From: an uncultured bacterium
GTDB lineage: Bacteria; Acidobacteriota; HRBIN11; JAKEFK01
Direction: 5' to 3'
Assembly: GCA_963777505.1 (NCBI GenBank)
Contig: CAVZQN010000003.1
Location: forward strand, 608,001 to 672,000
DNA: 64,000 nt
Part shown: piece after piece, positions 39,911 through 49,330 of the stretch
Position numbering within the stretch: the stretch's first letter is position 1
How the letters are laid out: the number at the start of each line of letters is the position of its first letter
Notes under the pieces: generated by a model
What the model was told of the DNA's origin: nothing
Databases searched by the model: none
What the model saw: only the letters and a program-made list of their open reading frames with translations
Made by a program: the position numbers and the translations under genes

Positions 39911-42010
39911 ATGAAGGTTTATACAACCGATTCCATCCGCAATGTTGCACTCACAGGTCACGGTGATGTCGGCAAAACTTCTTTAGCTTCTGCTTTTCTG
40001 TTTAACAGTGGTGCCATCAATCGGTTCGGCAAAGTCGATCAAGGAAGTACTGTTACTGATTTTGATGATGATGAGATTGAAAGAAAAGTTACGATTACTT
40101 CCAAAGCTTGTTTTGTCGAATGGAATAAAGTCAAGATTAACCTGTTGGATACTCCAGGTTATGGCAATTTTATTGCAGATGCCCGAGCGTCATTACGGGC
40201 AGTGGACGCCGCATTAGTTCTTGTTTGCGGGGTAGCTGGAGTTGAAGTTCAAACGGAAAAAGTTTGGAAATGGGCAGAAGAATATGGACTGCCCAGAATG
40301 ATTTGTGTTAACAAACTGGATCGTGAGCGGGCTGATTTCAACCGCGCTCTTGAATCGATTCAAAAAGCTTTTGGGCGAGGTCCGGTGGCGATCCAAATTC
40401 CAATTGGTTCGGAAAAAGATTATTCAGGTGTGATCGATCTTCTTCATAACAAAGCGTATGAATTTGCCAAAGATGAATCCGGCAAAATGCAAGAAATTCC
40501 AATTCCTGACAACCTGAAAGAGCAAGCTACCGCGCAAAGGCAAGCTTTAATGGAAATGATTGCTGAGCAGGATGATGCTTTGATGGAAAAATACTTTGAA
40601 TCCGGAGAGCTTCCGCAGGAAGAGATTGTTGCAGGATTGAAAAAAGGGACTTTGGAACGAAAGATTTTTCCAGTTGTTTGTTCGTCTGCGGTACACAATA
40701 TCGGCACTCAACCGATTATGAACTCTATCGTTGAACTCCTTCCCAATCCGGCTGAATCAGGAGTTGTTTTTACGGGCGAGGACCTGAAGGATCATTCACA
40801 AATTCAGGCCACAGCACAAGAATCGGAATCACCCGCCGCATTTGTTTTTAAAACCTTCGTTGATCCGTATGCCGGACGCGTAAATTTATTTCGAGTGGTA
40901 AGAGGAGTTCTGAGATCGGATCATAACCTGCAGAACGCGAACAAAGGAACGACAGAAAAAATCAGTACGATTTCAGTTTTGCAAGGGAAAACCGCAAGCC
41001 CGGTTCAGGAGGTACATGCTGGTGATATTGCCAGCGTGGCAAAACTGAAGGACACACAAACGAATGACACGCTCTGCGAACCTTCGCATCCTACCAAATT
41101 CGCCCCCATTCAATTTCCTCATCCGATTATTTCGTATGCTATAGAACCAAAATCACGTGGAGATGAAGAGAAAATCAGTACAGCAATGCACAAAATGGCT
41201 GATGAAGATCCGGTCCTTCGATTTGATCGCGATCCTCAGACAAAAGAACTTCTGGTTTCCGGAATGGGACAACTACACGTTGAAGTAGTCGTTGCTCGTT
41301 TGAAGCGTAGATTTGGCGTTGAAGTCTTGCTGCATCCTCCAAAAGTTCCTTATCGTGAAACGATTAAAGCAAAGACAGAAGTACAGGGAAAATACAAAAA
41401 GCAATCGGGAGGCCGCGGCCAATATGGCGATTGCTGGATTACAATGGAACCGCTTCCACGCGACCATGATTTTGAGTTTGTCGATAAGATTTTTGGCGGC
41501 TCGATACCCAAAAATTATGTTCCTGCAGTAGAAAAAGGAATTCAAGAAGCACGTCAACATGGAGTACTTGCCGGATTCCCAACTGTAAACTTCCGTGTAA
41601 CCGTTTTTGATGGCTCTTATCATCCTGTAGACTCGAGCGAAATGGCGTTTAAAATCGCTGGTTCTATGGCATTTAAAAAAGGAATGGAAGAAGCCAAACC
41701 GGTTTTGCTGGAACCGATCATGCATGTCGAAATTACAGCGCCTGCAGATTATATGGGCACCATCATGGGTGACTTGAATGGACGTCGCGGCCGAATGGAA
41801 GGAATGGATTCCAGCGGCGCGAGTCAGGTGATCCGCGCTCGTGTTCCACTTTCGGAGATGCTCAATTATGCGCCAAGTTTGACTTCGATGACTGGCGGGC
41901 GTGGTTCATATGAAATGAACTATTCGCATTATGACGAAGTTCCATCACATTTAGCGCAAAAGATCATTGATGAGCATAAATCGAAAATACAGCATGTAAA
42001 GGAAGAATGA
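39911..42010 (+). CDS. fusA: Elongation factor G paralog (EF-G2)
   Basis: Full EF-G length, DTPG, NKLD, GMGQLH, KQSGGRGQYG, DGSYH.VDSSEMAF. Divergent G1 (GHGDVGKT) and switch I (RKVTI). Not in the str operon. Confidence 0.93.
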   Translation: MKVYTTDSIRNVALTGHGDVGKTSLASAFLFNSGAINRFGKVDQGSTVTDFDDDEIERKVTITSKACFVEWNKVKINLLDTPGYGNFIADARASLRAVDAALVLVCGVAGVEVQTEKVWKWAEEYGLPRMICVNKLDRERADFNRALESIQKAFGRGPVAIQIPIGSEKDYSGVIDLLHNKAYEFAKDESGKMQEIPIPDNLKEQATAQRQALMEMIAEQDDALMEKYFESGELPQEEIVAGLKKGTLERKIFPVVCSSAVHNIGTQPIMNSIVELLPNPAESGVVFTGEDLKDHSQIQATAQESESPAAFVFKTFVDPYAGRVNLFRVVRGVLRSDHNLQNANKGTTEKISTISVLQGKTASPVQEVHAGDIASVAKLKDTQTNDTLCEPSHPTKFAPIQFPHPIISYAIEPKSRGDEEKISTAMHKMADEDPVLRFDRDPQTKELLVSGMGQLHVEVVVARLKRRFGVEVLLHPPKVPYRETIKAKTEVQGKYKKQSGGRGQYGDCWITMEPLPRDHDFEFVDKIFGGSIPKNYVPAVEKGIQEARQHGVLAGFPTVNFRVTVFDGSYHPVDSSEMAFKIAGSMAFKKGMEEAKPVLLEPIMHVEITAPADYMGTIMGDLNGRRGRMEGMDSSGASQVIRARVPLSEMLNYAPSLTSMTGGRGSYEMNYSHYDEVPSHLAQKIIDEHKSKIQHVKEE

Positions 42011-42037
42011 TCTGCGCATCGTAGCGGTTCAAAATCT

Positions 42038-42412
42038 ATGATCATTGTTTCCTGCATCATTCTTTTGATGCTAGGATTCGCTCTCTATACAGCCTATCGC
42101 GAGATCTTACTTTACCGAAAAGCTTTAAAAGGTGAAGTTCGCCTTCTCGTTTCAAAATCACGATTGCTCCGTCGGCTGATTGTTTCAGGACTATTGATTG
42201 TCGAATCGATATTTTTGGGGATGGGCTTTTTTGTGCTTAAGCTCACACCCCATCAGTCATTGATATTTTGGATTTCCGCTTTAGGGCTGATTCTGGTCGT
42301 TATCTACCTGGCCATGCGCGACTTTCGCGAAACCCAGCGCGATATCGACAAGATCTTTATGGAAGCAACCCGTTCGGCCATTAAGAAAGAGAGGATAGAG
42401 AATAGAAGATAG
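42038..42412 (+). CDS. Hypothetical three-TM membrane protein
   Basis: ORF with three hydrophobic segments filling the gap after fusA. Confidence 0.7.
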   Translation: MIIVSCIILLMLGFALYTAYREILLYRKALKGEVRLLVSKSRLLRRLIVSGLLIVESIFLGMGFFVLKLTPHQSLIFWISALGLILVVIYLAMRDFRETQRDIDKIFMEATRSAIKKERIENRR

Positions 42413-42496
42413 TGAATAGAGGATAGAGATGGAGAATAGAGAATAGAGAATAGTAAGCTCCTTCTATCCTCTATCTTCTATTCTCTATCCTCTCTT
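42387..42496. repeat. Inverted array of 7-bp repeats (AGRATAG)n with perfect 26-bp terminal IR
   Basis: 42387-42412 is the reverse complement of 42471-42496. Internal GAGAATA/GAGGATA tandem units. Confidence 0.9.
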
Positions 42497-43143
42497 CAAA
42501 AAGGTGGTTCTTCTTCAGGTACTGGTGGTTCCTCAGCAGCAGGAGTTTCTTGTGCTTCTCCGGAAGGCGGTGGTTCATATTCATATACAGGTTCTTCAGA
42601 GCGGGGAGTTTCAGCCTGTTGCGGCTCGCGTTGCTTCGATTTTTTTTCTTCAAGCTCCCGATCGATCTTGTCCAGTTTATCTTCAGCTTCCCGCGCCGTT
42701 TTATATTGGTCGCCTGTATTTCTAGTATGATAAAGACCCCCAGAACCAACAGTTTCCTGAGCTTCCTGTATCGTTCTTTCTAATTCTTCTCTTTGTTCTT
42801 CTAATTCACGAATCTCTCTTTGTCTATCGACATTCGGATCACTGGCTTCCTTTTGTGGTTCGGGATCCGGAACATATTCAGCGCCTTCTACAGGAGGAGT
42901 ATAACTTGAGTCTTCTGTGGCGGTATCAGCAGTTTCACCTTCTGGTGGAGTTGATTGTACTGCGATGTCGCTTTTAAGATTATCTACATCTTCATTTGTA
43001 AATACTTTCGCCTTTTTTCCTGATTTATCAAGAGCTTCTCTGCGCTGCTTTTCCTTTTTTGCAAGTTCACCCAGGTCTTCACTCATCACCGCAAAAACGA
43101 ATGAAAAACTAAACAGAAGCACAAGCAAAGTAATTCGTTTCAT
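42496..43143 (-). CDS. Secreted acidic coiled-coil hypothetical protein
   Basis: Signal peptide, DLGELAKKEK.RR..KVFTNED motif, GGAGG RBS before ATG 43143. Confidence 0.75.
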   Translation of the reverse strand: MKRITLLVLLFSFSFVFAVMSEDLGELAKKEKQRREALDKSGKKAKVFTNEDVDNLKSDIAVQSTPPEGETADTATEDSSYTPPVEGAEYVPDPEPQKEASDPNVDRQREIRELEEQREELERTIQEAQETVGSGGLYHTRNTGDQYKTAREAEDKLDKIDRELEEKKSKQREPQQAETPRSEEPVYEYEPPPSGEAQETPAAEEPPVPEEEPPF

Positions 43144-43169
43144 AACAGCCTCCACCAACACATACTCCT

Positions 43170-44138
43170 TTATATTATAGAAGCATCTTTTTTGTGAAGC
43201 ATTTCGGGTTCAGATGCTTCTGCTACCCTTAAATTTCTTCTCAATAAACTTATAGATTTAGAGAAATGAAAAGCAATATAGTGTGCCACTTCTTCGACAA
43301 CATCGTCGGGAACACCATCAAAATGTTTCGATTTTAGCCGCATATCACATTGATCGTTCACATAATCGACAATAACGAAGGTTTCCTTGTCTACGATTGC
43401 AATTTCTGTCGAAAAGAAGTCAACACCGGCTATTTTGGCGATCTTTTGAACCTCAGTTTTCAAGCGGGATAATCCATAAATCTGCTCTTCTTCCGGTAAG
43501 ACTCTGTGATAAATATGTGTATCATCATCCCACCAACATGAAATTGTGAACCCGCAGACATAGTACACACGGAACCATGCGCGGCGTTCTCCAAATTGCA
43601 CGGGCAATACTTTTTCTTGAAGTAGAAACCGCTCTTTGCTTTTACTTTCTTTAGCCTTCACGATGTCAAAAAGCGATTTTGCATATAGCTCGACACCGAC
43701 ACCGCCACCACCAATGGACGGTTTTATGATGAAAGGCTCTCCAAGCCGGATGAGTTCGCCAATTTTGATCTTTGTCCAGTCGCGATTGGGCGAAAGAATA
43801 ATCGTATAGGGTACATGAAGGCCACTCTCGATTAATTCGTTATGAATCGCAGCTTTATCCAGAGCATGTTGTAGCTTCTGAGGATCGTTCAGTGGGTGTG
43901 ATCCGGAGTTCAGAAGGTTTTGAATCACGGGTTCAAATGTTGGATTGGCATCAGAAGCTCTATCATAAAAAAAACGTGCGCCGAAATCAGCTTCCTTTAT
44001 CAAGGTTTCGATTTCTACAAGATTGTAAGGATGAATGATGTGAGAGTTCAGTCCAAACTGAACACATTTCTTATCCAGGATTTGGATAAAATCGTAGTCA
44101 TATTCCCACTCCCAGAGAAGAGCGACATCAACTAACAT
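43170..44138 (-). CDS. ATP-grasp fold protein
   Basis: DKA, PFIIKP..GGGG.GV, FLLQEKV, FRV, TEI, DYVND. Confidence 0.75.
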   Translation of the reverse strand: MLVDVALLWEWEYDYDFIQILDKKCVQFGLNSHIIHPYNLVEIETLIKEADFGARFFYDRASDANPTFEPVIQNLLNSGSHPLNDPQKLQHALDKAAIHNELIESGLHVPYTIILSPNRDWTKIKIGELIRLGEPFIIKPSIGGGGVGVELYAKSLFDIVKAKESKSKERFLLQEKVLPVQFGERRAWFRVYYVCGFTISCWWDDDTHIYHRVLPEEEQIYGLSRLKTEVQKIAKIAGVDFFSTEIAIVDKETFVIVDYVNDQCDMRLKSKHFDGVPDDVVEEVAHYIAFHFSKSISLLRRNLRVAEASEPEMLHKKDASII

Positions 44139-44153
44139 GAAAACTCCTTCAAA

Positions 44154-45284
44154 TCAGAGACGAAAAATCTCTTTCTGTTGAACCAGTGATTCCATATATT
44201 CTGTATTCACCTCATAGCCGATTCCCGGCTTTTCCGGAATGGCCGCAAATCCTTCTCGGTCTATTGTTACGGCAGGATCGATCACGTCACGATGCCAGTA
44301 ACGGCTGCTTGCGGATGTATCACCAGGCAGCGTGAAGTTTGGAAGAGAGGCAAGTGCTAGATTGTGCGCACGGCCGATGCCGGATTCAAGCATGCCTCCG
44401 CACCAGACCGGCACATTGTGAGATTTTGCAAGATCGTGAATGCGGATCGATTCTGTGTGACCGCCGACGCGTCCGGTTTTAATATTGATGATCTTGCAGC
44501 TCTTCATTTGAAGTGCCGCATGAGCTGCACGGAACGAATGAATTGATTCATCAAGACATACCGGTGTTCGGACCTGTGCCTGAAGAATTGAATGTTCATA
44601 GATGTCTTCATAATGAAGTGGTTGTTCAATCATCATCAGGTTGAACTCATCAAGTGATTTCAACAACTGCACATCATCAAGAGTGTATGCTGCGTTTGCA
44701 TCTGCCATTAACGGAATATCAGGAAGTCCGCTGCGGATTGCTTTCAAAAGATCGATATCACGTCGTGGCTTAATTTTGATTTTTATTCTGCGATAACCTT
44801 CGGATAGATATTCTTCAATTTGTCGAAGCAGCGATGGAATATCTTTTTGCAAACCGACACTCACGCCGCAGGGAATCTTTTGTTTGGTCCCATTCCATAA
44901 ACGGAACAAGGGAACGTTTTGGGATTTCGCAAGCAAATCCCAGAGAGCAGCCTCTATGGTCGCCTTCGACATATTATGTCCACGAATTGACGAAGAGGAC
45001 TGAAGAAACTCGCCGATTGTTCTGCAATTCTTAAGCAATGGAACGAGATACTTTTGCAGAATCTCCCAGCAAATTGAATTTGTTTCATAACTGTAAAGTG
45101 GATCTACATCAGCTGCACATTCTCCATATGCCGTTATGCCGTCTGTTTTCAAACGGCACACAATAATTTCGCGGTGATCGATGGAACCAAAACTGGTTTC
45201 AAAAGGCGAAACTAACGGCAGTGGAAAAAGTAAAAGTTCAGCTTGTTCGATTTTAGGGAATTGAGTGTTTAATAGATTTTCCAT
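44154..45284 (-). CDS. menC: o-succinylbenzoate synthase / N-succinylamino-acid racemase
   Basis: PFETSFG, RIKIKI, DANAAY, IEQP, LDESI, NIK.GRVGG, WCGGMLE, LPGD.S.S.RYW. Confidence 0.9.
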   Translation of the reverse strand: MENLLNTQFPKIEQAELLLFPLPLVSPFETSFGSIDHREIIVCRLKTDGITAYGECAADVDPLYSYETNSICWEILQKYLVPLLKNCRTIGEFLQSSSSIRGHNMSKATIEAALWDLLAKSQNVPLFRLWNGTKQKIPCGVSVGLQKDIPSLLRQIEEYLSEGYRRIKIKIKPRRDIDLLKAIRSGLPDIPLMADANAAYTLDDVQLLKSLDEFNLMMIEQPLHYEDIYEHSILQAQVRTPVCLDESIHSFRAAHAALQMKSCKIINIKTGRVGGHTESIRIHDLAKSHNVPVWCGGMLESGIGRAHNLALASLPNFTLPGDTSASSRYWHRDVIDPAVTIDREGFAAIPEKPGIGYEVNTEYMESLVQQKEIFRL

Positions 45285-45285
45285 G

Positions 45286-45699
45286 TTAAATGTCGATTAC
45301 GAACCTCACTATGTGATTTCCTTGTTGTTCTTTCCATTCCAATTGACCATACGTAGCACTTTTTGCATGGAGCCGGAGCTCATGATTTTCTCTAATTCTT
45401 TCTCCGGCGACAACTGCCTGTAATTGCCAACCATTCTGTTGATTGACTTCAACCGTGAATTTCACGAGAAACACATTTTTAACTTCATGAAGCAAGATCA
45501 AATGGTTTAGCCAGTCAATCAAAAGTAAATGGCGCTCAGGAGAAGATAATTGTACCTGAAAGTCTTCCAGAATTTCGATTTTTTCTAATTCAGTCATGAG
45601 ATCAAAAAGAGCGAGCGCAGCCTCAATAAAAACTTCATTTACCGAAGATGCATCCACCTCGACTAACGCTTCCGACGGATGATCTAAAAATGTATACAT
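45286..45699 (-). CDS. Archease
   Basis: Y.FLDHxxE, LL.DWL..L, AKSATY..L, C-terminal IDI. ATG at 45699. Confidence 0.85.
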   Translation of the reverse strand: MYTFLDHPSEALVEVDASSVNEVFIEAALALFDLMTELEKIEILEDFQVQLSSPERHLLLIDWLNHLILLHEVKNVFLVKFTVEVNQQNGWQLQAVVAGERIRENHELRLHAKSATYGQLEWKEQQGNHIVRFVIDI

Positions 45700-45707
45700 A
45701 TTTGTAA

Positions 45708-45755
45708 GGGACCGCAGGCATCTCGCCTGCTCAGGGATCGTGGACGCTCGTCCGC
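45708..45755. repeat. Two tandem REP-like palindromes
   Basis: GGGACCGCAGGCATCTCGCCTGC (near-exact reverse complement of 22687-22709) and GGGATCGTGGACGCTCGTCCGC. Confidence 0.75.
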
Positions 45756-45763
45756 TCAAATTC

Positions 45764-46696
45764 CTAAGCCCTCGGATGAAATTTCTTATACACCTTTTTT
45801 AGCTGTTCTTGTGAAACGTGCGTATAAATTTCAGTTGTACTGATATCAGAATGGCCTAACAGCATTTGAACCGATCGGAGATCGGCGCCTCCTTCAAGAA
45901 GATGTGTCGCAAACGAATGTCTGAAAACGTGTGGTGTCAAAATATGTGCCGGAATATTCGCAAGCCTGCCGTAGCCCTTTAGAATCTTCCAAACCCCCTG
46001 TCGGGTCAGTGGCTTTCCCCGGTTGTTCAAAAATAACCTTTGTTGATCTGAAGATTTCTTCGACTTTCCAAAATTTCTTGATAACCTGCGTGATGCAAAT
46101 TTGGGTCTGACTTCTTGTAAGTATTTTTCAATCCAAATCTTGCATTCATCATTTACTGCTGCAATCCTTTCTTTAGAGCCTTTTCCATAGCAATAAACAA
46201 AACCAAGCTGAAGCTGGAGCTGTTGCAATCCAATTTGAACGACTTCGGAAACTCTCATCCCGCTTGCATACATCAATTCCAGGATCGCGCGATCTCTGAT
46301 TCCGCTGAGTTTTGAAGTTTCAGGCTGTGCCAAGAGTCTCATAATTTGCTGTACGGTTAACACTTTTGGAAGCTTTCGAGCTCTGCGTGGCGACTCAATT
46401 TGGGCGGTAGGATCGATCTGGGTAGCGCCACTTGAAGTTAGATATTTGTAAAAGCCTCGCAAAGTCGAAGTAATTCTCATTACGGACGTTGAGGAAAGTT
46501 TTTTGGAATACAGGTGCTTCAAGAATTCCATCAGATGAACGTATGATTCGGGCCCGCTATCCCAATCTTTCGTTTTGCTGAAGTCGGATAGCTTTTTAAG
46601 GTCGCGAGTGTATGACAGAATTGAATTGTCTGAGAGGCCTTTTTCTACGCGGCAATATTCGATATACTCAGCAACCCAATGCTCAAGTTTGCTCAT
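45764..46696 (-). CDS. xerD: Site-specific tyrosine recombinase XerD
   Basis: EKGLS.NS..SY..DL, RD.A.LE..YA.G.RVSE, GKG.KER, TRQG.W, PH..RHSFATHLL..GADLR.VQ.LLGH.DI.TT.IY. Confidence 0.95.
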   Translation of the reverse strand: MSKLEHWVAEYIEYCRVEKGLSDNSILSYTRDLKKLSDFSKTKDWDSGPESYVHLMEFLKHLYSKKLSSTSVMRITSTLRGFYKYLTSSGATQIDPTAQIESPRRARKLPKVLTVQQIMRLLAQPETSKLSGIRDRAILELMYASGMRVSEVVQIGLQQLQLQLGFVYCYGKGSKERIAAVNDECKIWIEKYLQEVRPKFASRRLSRNFGKSKKSSDQQRLFLNNRGKPLTRQGVWKILKGYGRLANIPAHILTPHVFRHSFATHLLEGGADLRSVQMLLGHSDISTTEIYTHVSQEQLKKVYKKFHPRA

Positions 46697-46724
46697 TGAC
46701 GAAATAGTACTACAAGCTTAGTAG

Positions 46725-47699
46725 ATGTTCCAAACGCTTGATTCGGGCGTTTTCAGAACTATGATTGATTCGCCCATAAATTGGAGAAATCTGGCTGTGG
46801 CAAAGCGAAATCCACCTAAACCTGAAACTCGAAAAACCCGAATTGATAAGGAATTGTTCTTCTTTGGCGAAAACAGACTGGCTTTATGGCAGCCCGTGCT
46901 TTATTTCAATCCGCATTCTTTGTTCTCAAGTACAGGCGATCTTTTAATCCTTCGGATTCTTGAAGGCATCGAATGTGCTCCGCTGGAACAGCAGCCCAAC
47001 GTTACTTTGGATCAGGGTTCAATGGCGCAAATCGCTGAACGTTATTCTGCGCAGCTTGCGAAACAGTTAGGGGTGCAGCTCAAATTTCGGCCGGTCGCCC
47101 CGTCTATAGCGCGCTATCTGTTACATTGCTCAGCCGAACTCATTACGGAAGCCAGTCAAGCAAGGCCATTGAGTGATTTATTAAAGTTTATCGGTTCCCA
47201 ACCGGCTGAAAATCCTTTTGAAAAACTTGAAGAATCTCCTGCTGGTGAAGTTCTCAACATCGATCATTTGTTGCGGGATCCATTTTTTGCGCATTGGATG
47301 TTAAATCCTCATGAAGTACAAGAATATTTGGAAAAGGCCGCACAATTGGAAAAAGGTCCGATCATTCTAACGGGTTCTCCACTTGTCGCGAAGCAACAGG
47401 AATTAAGGGAGAATTCTTTACGGCAAGTTTTTTCTGGAAAAGCACGCGACGTATGGGCCTACTCCTTTAGAAAGGCGGCGTATTATTTAAAAGAATCCAA
47501 TGCTCTCTTATCAGGCGTTTCGATGTTTTATGCGAAACAGCTTGAGGATATGAACATTTCTGTTGAGAATCTCGAAGTCGGCAGGGCTTTGTTCGAAAGG
47601 GCAGTCGCTGTGGCTCAAACTCAACAAAAAGCGAAGGAAGAAGAAGAGCAAAAAAGTTCGCTGATTCTCACTCCTGATCAACTGCGAAAAAGACCTTAG
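46725..47699 (+). CDS. Hypothetical protein (start uncertain)
   Basis: 324-codon ORF filling the gap. Ends in ..SSLILTP. Confidence 0.7.
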   Translation: MFQTLDSGVFRTMIDSPINWRNLAVAKRNPPKPETRKTRIDKELFFFGENRLALWQPVLYFNPHSLFSSTGDLLILRILEGIECAPLEQQPNVTLDQGSMAQIAERYSAQLAKQLGVQLKFRPVAPSIARYLLHCSAELITEASQARPLSDLLKFIGSQPAENPFEKLEESPAGEVLNIDHLLRDPFFAHWMLNPHEVQEYLEKAAQLEKGPIILTGSPLVAKQQELRENSLRQVFSGKARDVWAYSFRKAAYYLKESNALLSGVSMFYAKQLEDMNISVENLEVGRALFERAVAVAQTQQKAKEEEEQKSSLILTPDQLRKRP

Positions 47700-47741
47700 G
47701 ATCTAGCTCAACCGCCAAGGCGCCATCACGCCAAGAAAGTT

Positions 47742-48095
47742 CTATTCGGTAACAACCAGTGTGCCGCGCATTTTCAGATGATCTTTGCCGCAGCGGACGA
47801 CACAATAAAAGGAAAAGGTGCCAGCCTGAGAAGTAGGAAGGTTAATCAATGTTGGCGGGCCGGGAGAAATTTCACGCGCTATATTCAGCTCATCAATGGC
47901 AAATCCATGCGTAACGTCCAGTGATTTCAGCGATAATCGTACGGTTTCACCCTTCTTAACTTCAATTGTCTGAGGTGTGTAGTGCGATTTCTGTAATACT
48001 ACACTAATTGTACGCCCCTCTCCCTCGCCCGTAACGATTGTTGTCAGAAGAATTGTGAAACAGATTAGCAGGCTTCGCGCCGTTGCTCGAATCAA
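47742..48095 (-). CDS. Exported cupredoxin with CuA-type ligand set
   Basis: Signal peptide, DVTHGF, YCVVRCGKDHLKM (H..CxxxCxxxHxxM). Confidence 0.88.
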   Translation of the reverse strand: MIRATARSLLICFTILLTTIVTGEGEGRTISVVLQKSHYTPQTIEVKKGETVRLSLKSLDVTHGFAIDELNIAREISPGPPTLINLPTSQAGTFSFYCVVRCGKDHLKMRGTLVVTE

Positions 48096-48364
48096 CTACG
48101 CTCCTGGCTCAACTTCTTTACATAGGCATCCAGCATTTCATTTTCAAAAGTTACTGTATTCAAAAACAAACTTTCTTTGAAATACTGTTCCAGTTCGGAA
48201 GGAGACATCTGGCGCATGAGATTTTCGATCTCTTTCATTACATCTTCATAGGAATGTTTTAATTCCTTACGAAGTGCAACTTCCTGATAAATCACTTCAA
48301 TTAAAGACAACAAATCGCCATCTAATTTCACTTCATATCCTGTACTTAATTTCACTGTACTCAT
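48092..48364 (-). CDS. Small helical hypothetical protein
   Basis: GGAGGAGGG RBS before ATG 48364. Stop overlaps the cupredoxin start. Confidence 0.8.
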   Translation of the reverse strand: MSTVKLSTGYEVKLDGDLLSLIEVIYQEVALRKELKHSYEDVMKEIENLMRQMSPSELEQYFKESLFLNTVTFENEMLDAYVKKLSQERS

Positions 48365-48374
48365 CCCTCCTCCC

Positions 48375-48707
48375 TTAGCTTTCAAAGCCTGTTCGGGCGT
48401 CATCTACCTCAGAGTAGATGCCGAAAAGGGATTTGGCTTTTGCTATTGCCAGGAGTGTATCGATTCGCGGTTGTACTCCAGCAAGATGAATACGACCCCC
48501 GGCGCTTTTTGTTTTCCGATAGAAATCCATTAGACATCCGATGCTGGCGCTATCCATAAAATTTACGTTACTCATATCGATTACAAACTTCCGATACCCA
48601 TCATTGATATACCCTGACCATTCGCGGGTAATATCTTCTAGAAGTTCATATACCATTCGATGATGAGGGATCGTTATTACTTTCACATCATCTTTGATGT
48701 TTTCCAC
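48375..48707 (-). CDS. STAS-domain anti-sigma-factor antagonist
   Basis: IDMSNVNFMDSASIG.L, GG.I.L. GAGGAG RBS. Confidence 0.9.
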   Translation of the reverse strand: MENIKDDVKVITIPHHRMVYELLEDITREWSGYINDGYRKFVIDMSNVNFMDSASIGCLMDFYRKTKSAGGRIHLAGVQPRIDTLLAIAKAKSLFGIYSEVDDARTGFES

Positions 48708-48716
48708 ACTTCCTCC

Positions 48717-49304
48717 TCAAGCAGGACGCTCGACAACGGGAATTCCCTTCATTTTTTCAGCCAACTCAGCGCGGCCGCGATGAATTCGTGATTTCACAGT
48801 GCCTTCTGCCAGATTCAATTCATCAGCAATTTCCTTATAAGATTTCCCTTGAAGATCGCGTAAAATCAGGACACGACGCAACTCATCTGGCAATTCACTC
48901 AGACTTTGACGAAGAACTTTTGAGCGTTCAGTTGCCTCCATATTTCCTTGCGGAGAAAGGCCTTGAAATTTGAAGTTCTTCAAATCGGTTAAATCACCGC
49001 TGAGAATTTTTCTTTCACGTTTTACGCTTCGGTAGTAATCAATACACGCATTCCGGCTGATGCTGACAAGCCACCACGAAAAATCCTGTTCTTTTTTGTA
49101 GGAATGAAGGGCTTTATAAACTTTGAAAAAGACTTCTTGAGTCAGGTCTTCTGCTTCTTCGAAACGGCCTGTAAACTTATACGCAATTCCGAAAACTTTT
49201 CGCTTATAACGAGCAATAATTTGCTCCCAGGCAGCCTCGTCATGAAGCAGACAACGTTCAATTAATTCAAGATCGGTCGGTTGGTCGGTCAACGGGTCAC
49301 TCAA
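48717..49304 (-). CDS. ECF RNA polymerase sigma factor
   Basis: D..L, AEDLTQEVF.K, WL..I.RN...D, SY.EIA..L....GTVKSRI.RGR. Confidence 0.94.
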   Translation of the reverse strand: MSDPLTDQPTDLELIERCLLHDEAAWEQIIARYKRKVFGIAYKFTGRFEEAEDLTQEVFFKVYKALHSYKKEQDFSWWLVSISRNACIDYYRSVKRERKILSGDLTDLKNFKFQGLSPQGNMEATERSKVLRQSLSELPDELRRVLILRDLQGKSYKEIADELNLAEGTVKSRIHRGRAELAEKMKGIPVVERPA

Positions 49305-49330
49305 GATTGAATAAATATACCATAGAGCTC

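Noticed and set aside
42471-42749. 92-aa ORF ending ERIENRR like the convergent gene
   Set aside because: Alternative frame inside 42496..43143. The shared tail simply reflects the inverted heptamer arm.
45700-45759. N-terminal extension of archease in the ORF track
   Set aside because: The extension is translated REP-like sequence. Family similarity begins at ATG 45699.
45764-46696. Phage or ICE integrase marking an island
   Set aside because: Sequence matches housekeeping XerD (TRQG.W, GADLRSVQ). Flanks are core genes, with no att-tRNA or phage genes.
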